Positions 9,247-19,058 of a stretch of 64,000 nt of DNA are shown here, in pieces (the stretch's first letter is position 1; every line of letters begins with the position of its first letter). The stretch spans positions 130,842 through 194,841 of the forward strand of contig JADHTB010000002.1 in NCBI GenBank assembly GCA_016776605.1. The letters are read 5' to 3'. Under the pieces are notes generated by a model. That model did no database searches, was not told where the DNA came from, and was given only the letters and a program-made list of their open reading frames with translations. This DNA is from Alphaproteobacteria bacterium (GTDB lineage: Bacteria > Pseudomonadota > Alphaproteobacteria > GCA-2731375). The translations under genes and the position numbers were made by a program.

Positions 9247-10272
9247 ATGTCCGCTGCTGAACCTGACGGTGATTGGCCGGAATATGAAGGCGAGGGTATG
9301 GTCCGGCGCCTGCTTCGCCGCTGGGGCCGTTTAGGTGGCATTGTTGCCGCCTTGGGCATGGCGGTGGTCTTTGCCGTGGCGGCTTGGTACGCGCTACAGC
9401 GCTCTGACATGCAGCCTACGGTGATGGCGGAAGTGCCGATGGTCCAGGCGGAACCGGGACCGGTAAAGGAAAAACCAGAGGATCCGGGCGGCCTGAAAAT
9501 TCCCAATCAGGATAAACTGGTGTTCGAGCGGATTACGCCGAAACCGCCTGCCCCGATGGTGGAAAAACTGGCGCCGGCGCCAGAGGAACCTATCGTCAAG
9601 ATGACCGCCCCACCGGCGCCGGCACTCGTAAATGCACCGGTTGATGCTCAGGTCAACACCGCCACCGATATGGCCAAGCCGATGACCGGGCAGATCGAGA
9701 AGTCGGCGGCCGATCCGGCCACCGCGCGGCTACATGCCGCGCCGCCGGCTATTCCCAGCACAGGTGATAACGCCATGGCGTCCAAGGCAGAGAGTCTGCT
9801 GCCTGGGGCTGGCGGGACGGAGAAGGCCACCGCCGGAGGCGCAACAGTGCCGGCGCCAAAGGCCCAGGCAAAAGCGTTACCGAATACCATGGCGAAATCG
9901 CCAGCCGCCGCGCCGCTGCAAGCCGCCAAAATCAAAGCCCCAAAGATCAAAGCCCCAAAGATCAAAGCGCCCAAAAACAAAGCCCCTGTGGCCGCCGCGC
10001 CGGCGGCGAAAGCGGTGGAAGCCGGCTACCGCATTCAATTGGTGTCGCACCGCACGGCGAAGCGTGCGGACGCGGCTTGGCGAAGCCTGGAGAAGGCTCA
10101 CGCGGATATTCTGGGCAACCTGGCAGGCCATACAGCGCGTGTGAATTTGGGAAAACGTGGTATTTATTACCGTGTTCAGGCAGGTTTTTTCGCGAACGAG
10201 GCCTTGGCCAGGGCAGCCTGTGGCAAATTAAAGGCGAAACGGCAGGACTGTATCATTGTCCCGCCCCAATAA
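9247..10272 (+). CDS. SPOR domain-containing protein (N-terminal TM anchor, Pro/Ala-rich linker with KIKAP repeats, C-terminal SPOR domain)
   Basis: The C-terminal about 80 aa (GYRIQLVS…YRVQAGFF…A…C) has the SPOR fold signature. The argS–SPOR–nagZ arrangement is conserved in alphaproteobacteria. Confidence 0.85.
   Translation: MSAAEPDGDWPEYEGEGMVRRLLRRWGRLGGIVAALGMAVVFAVAAWYALQRSDMQPTVMAEVPMVQAEPGPVKEKPEDPGGLKIPNQDKLVFERITPKPPAPMVEKLAPAPEEPIVKMTAPPAPALVNAPVDAQVNTATDMAKPMTGQIEKSAADPATARLHAAPPAIPSTGDNAMASKAESLLPGAGGTEKATAGGATVPAPKAQAKALPNTMAKSPAAAPLQAAKIKAPKIKAPKIKAPKNKAPVAAAPAAKAVEAGYRIQLVSHRTAKRADAAWRSLEKAHADILGNLAGHTARVNLGKRGIYYRVQAGFFANEALARAACGKLKAKRQDCIIVPPQ
9928..9987 (+). repeat. In-frame 15-nt tandem repeat (x4; AAGATCAAAGCCCCA, encoding KIKAP) inside the SPOR-protein linker
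   Basis: Seen directly in the sequence and in the translation (KIKAPKIKAPKIKAPKNKAP). Confidence 0.9.
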
Positions 10273-10284
10273 GACGCGAAGGCA

Positions 10285-11307
10285 ATGACGTTGGCCACAC
10301 CGCTGGCAGCCGTGTTTGGTTGCGCGGGGCCGGTCTTGCAGCCTGACGAAGCCGCATTTTTTCGCGCCAGTAACCCGCTCGGCTTTATCCTATTTGCCCG
10401 TAATTGCGACAATCCGGAACAGATCCGCCGTCTGACCGCTGATTTGCGCGCCGCCGTCGGCCGGGTAGAGGCGCCGGTGCTGATGGATCACGAGGGCGGC
10501 CGTGTGCAACGCTTGCCGCCGCCGCAATGGCGCAAGATACCCCCGGCGGCGATTTTTGGCCGTTTGGCCCAAAACGATATAGAGCTGGCCGAGGCAGCAG
10601 TGACCCTGAATGCCCGCCTGATGGCGCTGGAATTGGCGGATCTGGGCGTTGACGTCGATTGTGTGCCATGTCTGGACGTACAGGACCCCGCCGGGCATCA
10701 GGTTATCGGCGACCGCGCCTTTTCCTCCGATCCGGATGTCGTGGCGCGGCTGGGCCGGGCCCAGGCGGAGGGGTTGCGCCAGGGCGGTGTTTTGCCGGTG
10801 ATCAAGCATATGCCCGGCCATGGCAGGGCCCAGGTAGATAGCCACCTGGAGATGCCGGTTGTCGCGGCGAGCCGGGAGCAATTGAGCAAACAGGATTTTA
10901 GGCCCTTTACCGCCCTGTCCGATTTGCCCCTGGGAATGACCGCGCACCTGCTTTATCCCGCTCTTGACCCGGATCATCCGGCAACCATGTCGAAGATTAT
11001 TATTGCCGAGGTCATCCGGGGTCAGATGGGTTTTGACGGCCTGTTATTTACTGATGACCTGTCCATGCAGGCCTTGGGCGGTGATCTGGGGCAGCGGGCG
11101 GCGGGCGCCCTGGCGGCAGGCTGTGATGTGGCGCTGCATTGCAACGGCAGGGGGGACGAAATGCGGGCCGTGGCCGCTGTCTGCCACGGGCTGTCGGCAA
11201 AGGCCCAAAGCCGCTGGCAACGTGCCCTGGACTGGCGGCGACCAGCCCAGCCGGCACGATATGATGACCTTCTGGCGCGGTTGAATGACCTATTGGCGAC
11301 CTTATAA
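10285..11307 (+). CDS. nagZ: Beta-N-acetylhexosaminidase (GH3, peptidoglycan recycling)
   Basis: 340 aa; KHMPGHG(R) motif and the GH3 N-terminal domain. Conserved position after argS/SPOR. Confidence 0.9.
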   Translation: MTLATPLAAVFGCAGPVLQPDEAAFFRASNPLGFILFARNCDNPEQIRRLTADLRAAVGRVEAPVLMDHEGGRVQRLPPPQWRKIPPAAIFGRLAQNDIELAEAAVTLNARLMALELADLGVDVDCVPCLDVQDPAGHQVIGDRAFSSDPDVVARLGRAQAEGLRQGGVLPVIKHMPGHGRAQVDSHLEMPVVAASREQLSKQDFRPFTALSDLPLGMTAHLLYPALDPDHPATMSKIIIAEVIRGQMGFDGLLFTDDLSMQALGGDLGQRAAGALAAGCDVALHCNGRGDEMRAVAAVCHGLSAKAQSRWQRALDWRRPAQPARYDDLLARLNDLLATL

Positions 11308-11398
11308 ATAACGGCTATTTTGCGATGCGCTTTAAGTTACCCACAAGATATTGCGTTAATCGACTTGGCCGGCCGCGCGGATAGGGTATAATCGCGGC

Positions 11399-12244
11399 AT
11401 GAGCGAACGCACCGACCCAAATACCAAATTGAACCCCGCGGCTGCCTCTGACCCGGCCGCCGTCGCTGCTTTTGAAGGGCCGCCACCGGGCTCGGTTCTG
11501 GCAGCGGCAGGGGATGCGGGTTTCCAGGTCACGTTGGATGGCTATGAAGGGCCATTGGATGTGCTGCTAACCCTGTCGCGGCAGCAAAAGCTGGATCTGA
11601 CCCATATCTCGATCCTGGATCTGGCGGAGCAATATCTGGTCTTTGTCGCCGAGGCGCGGCGCCTGCGGTTGGAGGTGGCGGCGGATTATCTGGTCATGGC
11701 GGCCTGGCTGGCCTATTTGAAATCCCGCCTGTTGTTACCCTCCATGCCCGGCGACGACGAACCCACCGGCGAGGAACTGGCCGCCCGCCTGCAACACCAA
11801 TTACTACGGCTGGAGGCTATGCGCGAGGCGGCGGAAACCTTGATGCAACGGCAGCGCCTGGGCGTGGACGTGTTTCCCCGTGGCGCGCCCGAGGGCGTCA
11901 CCATAATCCGGAAATCCCGCTATGACTGTAGCCTCTATGATCTGCTGATGGCCTATGTGGGCCAGGTTGACCGTTCGGAAGTGCTGTCGATCACGCCGCG
12001 TCCACCGGCAATTTTGTCGGTGGATGAGGCCCTGCGCCGGTTATCAATGTTTCTGGGTACGATGCCCGATTGGGCCAGTTTGGAAGCCTTTTTGCCGGCC
12101 GAATTAAAGGCTGGCATGGAAATGCGCTCGGCCCTGGCATCCACCTTCACCGCGTCACTGGAATTGGCGAAACAAGGTCGGCTCAAGCTGCGCCAGGGCC
12201 AGACCTTCGGACCGATTTATATCAAGGAGAGCGAGAGCTCATGA
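11399..12244 (+). CDS. scpA: Segregation and condensation protein A
   Basis: LDGYEGPLDVLLxLxRxQKLDLTxISIL is the ScpA signature. Its stop overlaps the scpB start (ATGA). Confidence 0.9.
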   Translation: MSERTDPNTKLNPAAASDPAAVAAFEGPPPGSVLAAAGDAGFQVTLDGYEGPLDVLLTLSRQQKLDLTHISILDLAEQYLVFVAEARRLRLEVAADYLVMAAWLAYLKSRLLLPSMPGDDEPTGEELAARLQHQLLRLEAMREAAETLMQRQRLGVDVFPRGAPEGVTIIRKSRYDCSLYDLLMAYVGQVDRSEVLSITPRPPAILSVDEALRRLSMFLGTMPDWASLEAFLPAELKAGMEMRSALASTFTASLELAKQGRLKLRQGQTFGPIYIKESESS

Positions 12245-13026
12245 CCGCGGACACTGAGCCTACGGAAGATGCGCCCACCGAAGATGCGCGCCCAGAAGAT
12301 GCGTACGCTGAGAACGGGCAGGGGCCCATGGAGACCCCAACAGCCGAAGACGAGGCGGGTTATCCGCGCATGGTCGAGGCATTGTTGTTTGCCGCGACGG
12401 AGCCGCTGGATGTGGCGAGCCTGGAGGCGCACCTGCCGGAGGGGGCCGATGTGCCCGAACTGCTCAGCCAACTGGTGGCGCATTATGCCAACCGTGGCGT
12501 CAACCTGGTGCAGGTGGCCGGAAAATGGGCCATGCGGACGGCGCCCGATTTGCATTTCCTGTTGCAGGAACACCGTCAGCAAAACCGTAAACTGTCCCGC
12601 GCGGCACTGGAAACCCTGGCGATTACCTCCTATCACCAGCCGGTCACCCGGGCCGAGATTGAAGATGTGCGGGGCGTCAGCCTATCCAAGGGTACTTTGG
12701 ATTTATTGATGGAATTGGGCTGGGTACGCATTCGCGGGCGCCGGCGCACGCCGGGACGGCCCGTCACCTATGGCACCACCGAGGGTTTCCTGGAACATTT
12801 TGGCTTTCAGAGTATCAAGGATTTACCCGGCCTGGACGAATTGAAGGCGTCGGGACTGCTGGAAGGGCAGGCGCGCACGGATCTGTTGCCCCTGTCCCAC
12901 CGCGAGCCGGAAGACCCCTTGGAAGACGGTGACGACGGCAGCGAGGCGACCCTGCCCGAGGATGATGCGGCGGACGGCATCGATATGCCGGCGCAATCGG
13001 CTGAAATCATCGATATCCAGGGCTGA
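12241..13026 (+). CDS. scpB: Segregation and condensation protein B
   Basis: MVEALLFAA…PL…EIEDVRGVSLSKGTLD… is the ScpB winged-helix pattern. Start set at ATG 12241, with a 4-nt overlap with scpA. The longer ORF from 12070 overlaps scpA and is rejected. Confidence 0.85.
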   Translation: MTADTEPTEDAPTEDARPEDAYAENGQGPMETPTAEDEAGYPRMVEALLFAATEPLDVASLEAHLPEGADVPELLSQLVAHYANRGVNLVQVAGKWAMRTAPDLHFLLQEHRQQNRKLSRAALETLAITSYHQPVTRAEIEDVRGVSLSKGTLDLLMELGWVRIRGRRRTPGRPVTYGTTEGFLEHFGFQSIKDLPGLDELKASGLLEGQARTDLLPLSHREPEDPLEDGDDGSEATLPEDDAADGIDMPAQSAEIIDIQG

Positions 13027-13216
13027 ACGCGGCTCTATACCGCGCGGAATTTGGGCCGGGAGCGGGCCGGGACCAGAACCCGGCTGTGTGATTTTCCTCG
13101 ACGTAATCGATGGCAAAGCTCATATGTTGGTTACATTGCTTCATGGCAGTGCTTCTGCCATATTGCGGCACATCTGGCGGGCGTGACGATACGCCCCGGA
13201 ATACGGAGTTTTACCC

Positions 13217-13447
13217 ATGGGCTTGAGTTTTTGGCAAATCGCGATCGTTGTCTTGTTGGTTGTGTTGCTGTTTGGCCGGGGCAAATTATCGTCCCTGATG
13301 GGTGACCTGGCCAAGGGCATCAAAAGCTTTAAATCCGGCATGGCCGAGGACGATCAGGTGGCATCTGCCTCTAGCGAAAAACTGGATGGCGATGATGCCA
13401 AGCCGGTGCAGGACAGCGCGACCAAGGACGAAGGCGCGAAGAGTTAG
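13217..13447 (+). CDS. tatA: Twin-arginine translocase subunit TatA
   Basis: 76 aa; N-terminal TM helix plus amphipathic helix (…[22 protein letters not shown]) typical of TatA/E. The stop codon TAG lies inside the terminal repeat of the downstream MITE. Confidence 0.92.
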   Translation: MGLSFWQIAIVVLLVVLLFGRGKLSSLMGDLAKGIKSFKSGMAEDDQVASASSEKLDGDDAKPVQDSATKDEGAKS

Positions 13448-13549
13448 AGCAATTTTCAATTAATTGAAGTCGCTATCGCGACTTAAAGTGATTGATTCAA
13501 TTGCTCTGTTTTTAAGAGTCTGAGCATGTTTGATTAAAACATGCTCTAG
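13445..13549. repeat. Palindromic MITE/REP-like element, copy 1 (between tatA and tatB; reverse orientation relative to copies 2 and 3)
   Basis: TAGAGCAATTTTCAATTAATTGAAGTCGC…GCGACTTAAAGTGATTGATTCAATTGCTCT plus a second hairpin GAGCATGTTTgattaAAACATGCTC. Related sequences occur at 20276, 45474 and 57399. Confidence 0.8.
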
Positions 13550-13614
13550 GCTATCCGTCGCCGCGCCGCTGGCTATTCGAAGCGGCTGAATGCGGCCCGA
13601 GGGGATCTGGCGCC

Positions 13615-14088
13615 ATGCTGGACATAGGTTGGAGCGAAATGTTGATGATCGCCGTGGTGGCGATCGTGGTCATTGGGCCCAAGGATCTGCCGCGCACCCT
13701 GCGCACCATCGGTCAATGGATCGGTAAGGCGCGGGCCATGACCCGTGACCTGCAAAATAGCGTTAGTGATATGATCGCCGATTCCGAATTGGACGAGCTG
13801 CGCAAGGTTTCCAACAGCATTGGCGATTTCAACCCGGAGGGTTATCTTAACAAACCCATCGACGGCGGGACGGCGTGGTCGGGTGGGCAAAGCGGGGATG
13901 ATGACAATCCCCCCCCGACGTCAAGCTCGACGTCAAGCCCGCCGCCATACCCGATGCAATGGCCACCCGATGATGGCGCCGATGCGGCGATGACGGAGGC
14001 GGCGGACCGGGCGCCGGATATTATCGTCGATGACGAGGCCGAAGCCGGCACGCCCCCAAATACGCCCCCTAAAAACACGGACGTCTAG
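13615..14088 (+). CDS. tatB: Twin-arginine translocase subunit TatB
   Basis: MLDIGWSEMLMIAVVAIVVIGPKDLP is a TatB-type N-terminus. It has a long acidic/Pro-rich C-terminus. Position between tatA and tatC. Confidence 0.88.
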   Translation: MLDIGWSEMLMIAVVAIVVIGPKDLPRTLRTIGQWIGKARAMTRDLQNSVSDMIADSELDELRKVSNSIGDFNPEGYLNKPIDGGTAWSGGQSGDDDNPPPTSSSTSSPPPYPMQWPPDDGADAAMTEAADRAPDIIVDDEAEAGTPPNTPPKNTDV

Positions 14089-14090
14089 CC

Positions 14091-14924
14091 GTGTCTCAGG
14101 AAAAGATTGAGGGCGATCCCGAGAGCGATCCCGAACTTGGGGAAGAGGACGAAGTTGAAGCCGAAAAGATGCCCCTGATCGAGCATCTGGTGGAACTGCG
14201 CAATCGTCTGCTGTGGTCTATCGGCGCCTTGGTGGTCGGCTTTGTGCTTTGCTATTTGGTGGCCGAAGACATCTATGCCTTCCTGGTGCAGCCCCTGGCG
14301 GATGTGATGGAGGGGCAACCGGGCCGGCGTCTGATCTATACCGGCCTGCACGAGGCCTTCTTCACCTATCTGAAAGTGGCCTTTTTCGGCTCCGTCTGCT
14401 TGACCTTTCCCATTGTTGCCGGACAAATCTGGGCCTTCATCGCGCCGGGATTATACAAACAGGAACGCCGCGCCTTTTTGCCCTTTTTACTGGCCACGCC
14501 GGTGTTGTTCCTGTTGGGCGCTTCGCTGGTCTATTACCTGATCTTTCCCCTGGCCTGGAAGTTCTTCCTCAGCTTCGAGAGCCCCGGTGGCGCTCACATG
14601 CTGGCCATTCAGATGGAGCCCAAGGTCAACGAATATCTGTCCCTGGTGATGAAATTGATCTTCGCTTTCGGCCTGTCGTTCCAGCTTCCCGTGGTCCTGA
14701 TGCTGATGGCCCGGGCCGGCCTGGTAACCGCCAAGGGGCTGGCGGAAAAGCGCAAATACGCCGTCATCATTACCTTTGCCGCGGCCGCGATATTGACGCC
14801 GCCCGACGTGATCAGCCAGATCGGCCTGGGCATCCCCATCCTGGTGCTCTACGAAATCTCCATCCTGGGGGCCCGCATGGTAGAGAAAAAACGCGCCGAA
14901 CGCGAAGCCGCCGACGACACGTAA
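14091..14924 (+). CDS. tatC: Twin-arginine translocase subunit TatC
   Basis: PLIEHLVELRNRLL and six predicted TM segments with conserved TatC motifs. Start is GTG 14091; an alternative ATG is at 14169. Confidence 0.9.
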   Translation: MSQEKIEGDPESDPELGEEDEVEAEKMPLIEHLVELRNRLLWSIGALVVGFVLCYLVAEDIYAFLVQPLADVMEGQPGRRLIYTGLHEAFFTYLKVAFFGSVCLTFPIVAGQIWAFIAPGLYKQERRAFLPFLLATPVLFLLGASLVYYLIFPLAWKFFLSFESPGGAHMLAIQMEPKVNEYLSLVMKLIFAFGLSFQLPVVLMLMARAGLVTAKGLAEKRKYAVIITFAAAAILTPPDVISQIGLGIPILVLYEISILGARMVEKKRAEREAADDT

Positions 14925-14934
14925 TAGCGCGCCT

Positions 14935-16101
14935 TCAGCCTAAACCGGCGCCCATCAGGTCGACGAAATTGTCGTGGTAGAAGCGCTCTTTGGCGCGCGG
15001 CGTGGCGTTTTCCAGGCTGGCGTCAAAGCGTTTGATGGGTGCCCGGCCGCCTTCCACGTGGGGGTAGTCGGAGGAAAACAGACAGACCTCCTCGCCGACC
15101 TGATCAATCACCCAGCCGGTATCCTCGGTGGGATAAGGCGTGATGCGGATTTGCCGTTTGACGTATTCGCTGGGCCGCAGGCTTAACTTGCGCAGGCGTT
15201 CTTCGTGGCGGGCAAAGGCCTCGTGGGCCGCGTCCAACTGCTGCATCATGCTCGGCAGCCAGACCGAGCCCATTTCCACAATGCCGAATTTCAGATTTGG
15301 GTGCGCCTCGAAGATGCCGTCGATGATCAGGGTCGCCAGGGTTTGCGCTGTGGGGCGGGGAATGGCCATGTAATCCACCGAACGAAAGTTCTCCGCCCCG
15401 CCGTGAAAATCCTTTACCGGGGGCAGGCCGTTCGCAAAATATTTCGGGTCCAGTAATTGCCCGCCGCCGCCCACGTGCATGACAATGGGCAGGCCGGCTT
15501 CCTCCGCCTGCCGCCAAAGCGGGAACAGGCCGGTATGGCTGGGCGAATGCTGGGCCGGGCAGGCGGATGGCACCAGGATGGCCTTGGCCCCGGCCTTGAT
15601 CGCCTCGGCGGTGAAGGCCGCCGTGCGTTCGAAATCCATCAACGGCACATAACAGGCCGCCAGCAGGCGCCGGTCCACGGAACAAAAATCCAGCATGGCC
15701 CGGTTATGGGCCCGCGCCGCGCCATAGGCCAGGTCCAGATCATCGCCCATTTCCAGATCCAGCAGATAAGCATTCCAAAAAGTATTGAACATCAACTGGC
15801 TTTTGAAGCCCAACAGATCCAGGGCCGTCCCCCGGTCTTGCTTCAGGAACGAGCCGGTGGCGTGCCAGTTCTTGCGGCGCATGATCTCGACCTCGTCATT
15901 GGCCCGATAGTCGGGATCAATATGGCTTTGCCGCACCTCGGCGAACATTTCGCCCGCACCTTCGCCGCCCATCAGGTGGGCGAACTGGTGGCTGCCGATG
16001 CGCTCCCGCAGATCCGGATCGGCGAAGTCCGCCAACATTTCCGGCGTTTCCATTATATGGGCGTCGGCATCGTGGATGGCCCGCGCGGTTACATAAGGCA
16101 T
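14935..16101 (-). CDS. Amidohydrolase-2 family metal-dependent hydrolase (ACMSD-like TIM-barrel)
   Basis: 388 aa; N-terminal AIHDADAH (metal-binding HxH-like) and a C-terminal …SDYPH motif typical of PF04909. Confidence 0.75.
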   Translation of the reverse strand: MPYVTARAIHDADAHIMETPEMLADFADPDLRERIGSHQFAHLMGGEGAGEMFAEVRQSHIDPDYRANDEVEIMRRKNWHATGSFLKQDRGTALDLLGFKSQLMFNTFWNAYLLDLEMGDDLDLAYGAARAHNRAMLDFCSVDRRLLAACYVPLMDFERTAAFTAEAIKAGAKAILVPSACPAQHSPSHTGLFPLWRQAEEAGLPIVMHVGGGGQLLDPKYFANGLPPVKDFHGGAENFRSVDYMAIPRPTAQTLATLIIDGIFEAHPNLKFGIVEMGSVWLPSMMQQLDAAHEAFARHEERLRKLSLRPSEYVKRQIRITPYPTEDTGWVIDQVGEEVCLFSSDYPHVEGGRAPIKRFDASLENATPRAKERFYHDNFVDLMGAGLG

Positions 16102-16229
16102 TTTTTGAATCCCCTGAATGCTACATCGGATGACATAGCATATTATTGCGTAATAGTCGCCAATGGCGGCGGCAATCTGCTATAAACGGTGGCCGCAGGG
16201 CGAATAACAACAAAACAGGGAGACCAGCC

Positions 16230-18029
16230 ATGGCCGAGAAAGAGACGAAGATCAAACTGCGCAGTCAGCGCTGGTTCAACGATCCCGATCATCAGGAAAT
16301 GTCGGCGCTGTATCTGGAGCGTTATCTTAATTTCGGCCTGACGCCGGAAGAGCTGCGATCGGGCCGCCCCATTATCGGTATCGCCCAAACGGGCAGTGAT
16401 TTATCCCCCTGCAACCGCCATCATATTGAATTGGCCAAGCGGGTGCGGGACGGCATTATTTTTGCCGGCGGCGTACCGATCGAATTTCCCGTGCATCCCA
16501 TTCAGGAAACCGGCAAGCGGCCGACGGCGGCCCTGGACCGCAATCTGCAATATCTGTCTTTGGTCGAGGTGCTGCACGGCTATCCCATTGATGGCGTGGT
16601 TTTGACCACGGGTTGCGATAAGACCACGCCGGCCATGTTGATGGGGGCGGCGACGGTGAATATTCCCGCTATCGCGCTGCCCGGCGGTCCTATGCTGAAC
16701 GGCCATCACGAAGGCAAAAGCACCGGCTCGGGCACCGTTGTCTGGGATGCCCGCGTCAAGCTTGCCGCCGGTGAAATCGATATTGATAAGTTTGTCGAAC
16801 TGGTCGCTTCCTCGGCGCAAAGCGCCGGCCACTGCAATACAATGGGTACGGCGACATCCATGAATTCGTTGGCCGAGGCCTTGGGCATGACGCTGACAGG
16901 AGGTGCGGCAATTCCCGCGCCCTATCGGGAGCGGGGACAATGCGCTTACCGCACGGGCCTGCGGATCGTGGATATGGTGCATGAGAATTTGCGCCCTTCG
17001 GACGTGCTGACCCGTGACGCTTTTCTCAACGCCATTGTCACGTCTTCGGCTATTGGCGGATCGTCCAATTGTCCGATCCATCTGGCCGCCATCTCGCGGC
17101 ATATGGGGGTGGAGCTCTCCCTGGAGGATTGGCAAAGCCACGGCCACGACATTCCCCTATTGGTCAACCTGCAACCCGCCGGTGAGTATCTCGGCGAGGA
17201 TTACCACAAGGCCGGCGGCGTGCCCCGGGTGATGCTCGAATTGAAGGGCGCGGGCAAATTGATTGAAAGCGCCATGACCGTCACCGGCAAGACCATGGGC
17301 GAGAACCTGGATGCCGCCCATGCCGCCAGCCCCTACGTCAATCGCGACGTCATCAAGCCCTATGACCAGCCCATGATGGCCAAGGCCGGCTTTGTCGTAC
17401 TGTCGGGCAATCTGTTCGATAGCGCGGTGATGAAAACTTCCGTCATCGACGAGGCCTTCCGGGGCCGTTATCTTTCCAAGGCGGGCGATGAGGATGCCTT
17501 CGAGGCGCGTGCCATCGTCTTCGAGGGACCGGAGGATTACCATGCGCGGATCAATGACCCGGCCTTGGAGATCGACGCGCATAGCATTCTGGTGATCAGG
17601 GGCAGTGGCCCCGTGGGCTATCCCGGCTCGGCCGAGGTGGTAAACATGACGCCGCCCGATGCCCTGGCGGCCCAAGGTATCACGGATCTGGCCTGCATGG
17701 GGGATGGCCGGCAAAGCGGTACCTCGGGCAGTCCGTCAATTCTCAATGTCTCGCCGGAAAGCGCGGTTGGTGGTGGTCTGGCAATCCTGGAAACCGGCGA
17801 CAAGGTGCGGGTCGATCTGAACAAGCGCACCGTTGATGTGATGTTGCCGCCCGACGAGATGCAGACGCGCAAGGCTGCCTGGACCGCGAATTTCCCCGGC
17901 TCGCAAACCCCATGGGAGGAGATCTACCGTTCCATGGTGGGGCAGTTGCAAACCGGTGCCTGTCTGGAACCGGCCACCATGTTCGTCAACATCATCGAGG
18001 AACGGGGCGAGTCCCGGGATTCGCACTAG
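16230..18029 (+). CDS. IlvD/EDD-family dehydratase (dihydroxy-acid / sugar-acid dehydratase)
   Basis: CDKTTPA(M) and the (C)NTMGTA Fe-S cluster motifs; about 600 aa. Start refined from 16146 to ATG 16230, which has a GGGAGA RBS. Confidence 0.85.
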   Translation: MAEKETKIKLRSQRWFNDPDHQEMSALYLERYLNFGLTPEELRSGRPIIGIAQTGSDLSPCNRHHIELAKRVRDGIIFAGGVPIEFPVHPIQETGKRPTAALDRNLQYLSLVEVLHGYPIDGVVLTTGCDKTTPAMLMGAATVNIPAIALPGGPMLNGHHEGKSTGSGTVVWDARVKLAAGEIDIDKFVELVASSAQSAGHCNTMGTATSMNSLAEALGMTLTGGAAIPAPYRERGQCAYRTGLRIVDMVHENLRPSDVLTRDAFLNAIVTSSAIGGSSNCPIHLAAISRHMGVELSLEDWQSHGHDIPLLVNLQPAGEYLGEDYHKAGGVPRVMLELKGAGKLIESAMTVTGKTMGENLDAAHAASPYVNRDVIKPYDQPMMAKAGFVVLSGNLFDSAVMKTSVIDEAFRGRYLSKAGDEDAFEARAIVFEGPEDYHARINDPALEIDAHSILVIRGSGPVGYPGSAEVVNMTPPDALAAQGITDLACMGDGRQSGTSGSPSILNVSPESAVGGGLAILETGDKVRVDLNKRTVDVMLPPDEMQTRKAAWTANFPGSQTPWEEIYRSMVGQLQTGACLEPATMFVNIIEERGESRDSH

Positions 18030-18037
18030 GGGGTACC

Positions 18038-18940
18038 ATGAATAATTGTGTGCACGACCATAGCCGTTGGGGGCCAGGCGATCAGCTTGGCGCGGCGAAC
18101 CAGCTAACGCCGGAGATGACCCTGGCGGCCCTGAGCATGGCCAGAAGCGGCCAGGTGCTGGATCTGAGCCAGGTGATCGAGAATGGTGCGCCGTTTATGG
18201 CGCCCAATCAAACCCCGTATGTGATCCACTCCGGCGCCACGGCGCGTAACAGCAAGAAAATTCGCGCCTCCATGGGCGCCACCAACGAGGTGGGCGCCAA
18301 TCTGGAACGCGTTGGGATGACCATGCACGTGGGCACTCATATTGATGCCCTGGGCCATTTCAGTATTGGCGAGCATTTGTATGGCGGCCATCATATCGAC
18401 GAAAGCGTTGGCGATTTTGGTTTGCTGAACCTGGGCATCGAACATATCCCGCCGATGATTACCCGTGGGCTGTGCCTCGATGTTTCCGGCCTGGATGGCG
18501 GCGAACATCTTGGCGTTGGGCGGCCGGTTAGCGCTGATGACCTGAAACGATGTTGCGAGGCCCAGGACATAGCGCCCCAGGCCGGCGATGCGGTGTTGGT
18601 CAACACCGGTTGGGGCCGCTATTTCATGGTTGATAACGGTAAATATCTGGAAGGTGAGCCGGGCCTGGATGTCGGCGCGGCCCAATGGCTGACTGAACAG
18701 GGCGTGGTGGCAATCGGCGCCGACAACATGGCCCTGGAAGTGCTGCCCGGCACCAACCACCCGGAGATCATGATGCCCGTGCATCAGCATTGCCTGGTCG
18801 AGGCCGGGGTTCATATTATCGAGAACATGGTATTGGCCGATCTGGCCCGCGACGGCGTCAGTAGCTTTTGCTTTATCCTGTTGCCAGTCAAATTCAAGGG
18901 CGCCACGGGTTGTCCGGTACGGCCCGTCGCTATTCTGTAG
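18038..18940 (+). CDS. Cyclase-family protein (kynurenine formamidase / isatin hydrolase-like metal-dependent hydrolase), copy 1 (intact)
   Basis: HxGTHxDAxxH motif (HVGTHIDALGH); about 300 aa. Start ATG 18038 has a GGGGG RBS. A paralogous decayed copy is at 23349..24204. Confidence 0.8.
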   Translation: MNNCVHDHSRWGPGDQLGAANQLTPEMTLAALSMARSGQVLDLSQVIENGAPFMAPNQTPYVIHSGATARNSKKIRASMGATNEVGANLERVGMTMHVGTHIDALGHFSIGEHLYGGHHIDESVGDFGLLNLGIEHIPPMITRGLCLDVSGLDGGEHLGVGRPVSADDLKRCCEAQDIAPQAGDAVLVNTGWGRYFMVDNGKYLEGEPGLDVGAAQWLTEQGVVAIGADNMALEVLPGTNHPEIMMPVHQHCLVEAGVHIIENMVLADLARDGVSSFCFILLPVKFKGATGCPVRPVAIL

Positions 18941-19058
18941 GATGGCGCTAGCGCCCGGTTTCGCGGGCAAGGCGACGGCGGGGTGTTAATACCGGGTAGC
19001 GCTGCCGTCCACCCGGTCATTGCCGGCAGGAAGAAAAATAGTCGAAAGGAAGGCGCAT

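Noticed and set aside
9925-9990. Possible CRISPR-like array (regularly spaced short repeats)
   Set aside because: The repeats are 15 nt, perfectly tandem, without spacers, in frame and inside a coding region. No other direct-repeat/spacer architecture was seen anywhere in the window.
12070-13026. Long version of the scpB ORF starting at 12070
   Set aside because: Its first 57 codons overlap scpA in another frame. The conserved ScpB sequence begins at ATG 12241, which overlaps the scpA stop (ATGA).
13100-13216. Short perfect palindrome ATGGCAG-tgcttc-CTGCCAT upstream of tatA, as a possible operator
   Set aside because: It is only 7 bp per arm. Such palindromes arise by chance in 64 kb. There is no second copy or known motif. 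Not reported as a feature.
14213-14980. 255-aa plus-strand ORF in an alternative frame of tatC
   Set aside because: It is Arg/Gly/Pro-rich and lies wholly within the tatC coding region in another frame. TatC motifs are in the 14091 frame.
16401-17147. 248-aa minus-strand ORF
   Set aside because: Antisense shadow of the IlvD/EDD dehydratase gene.
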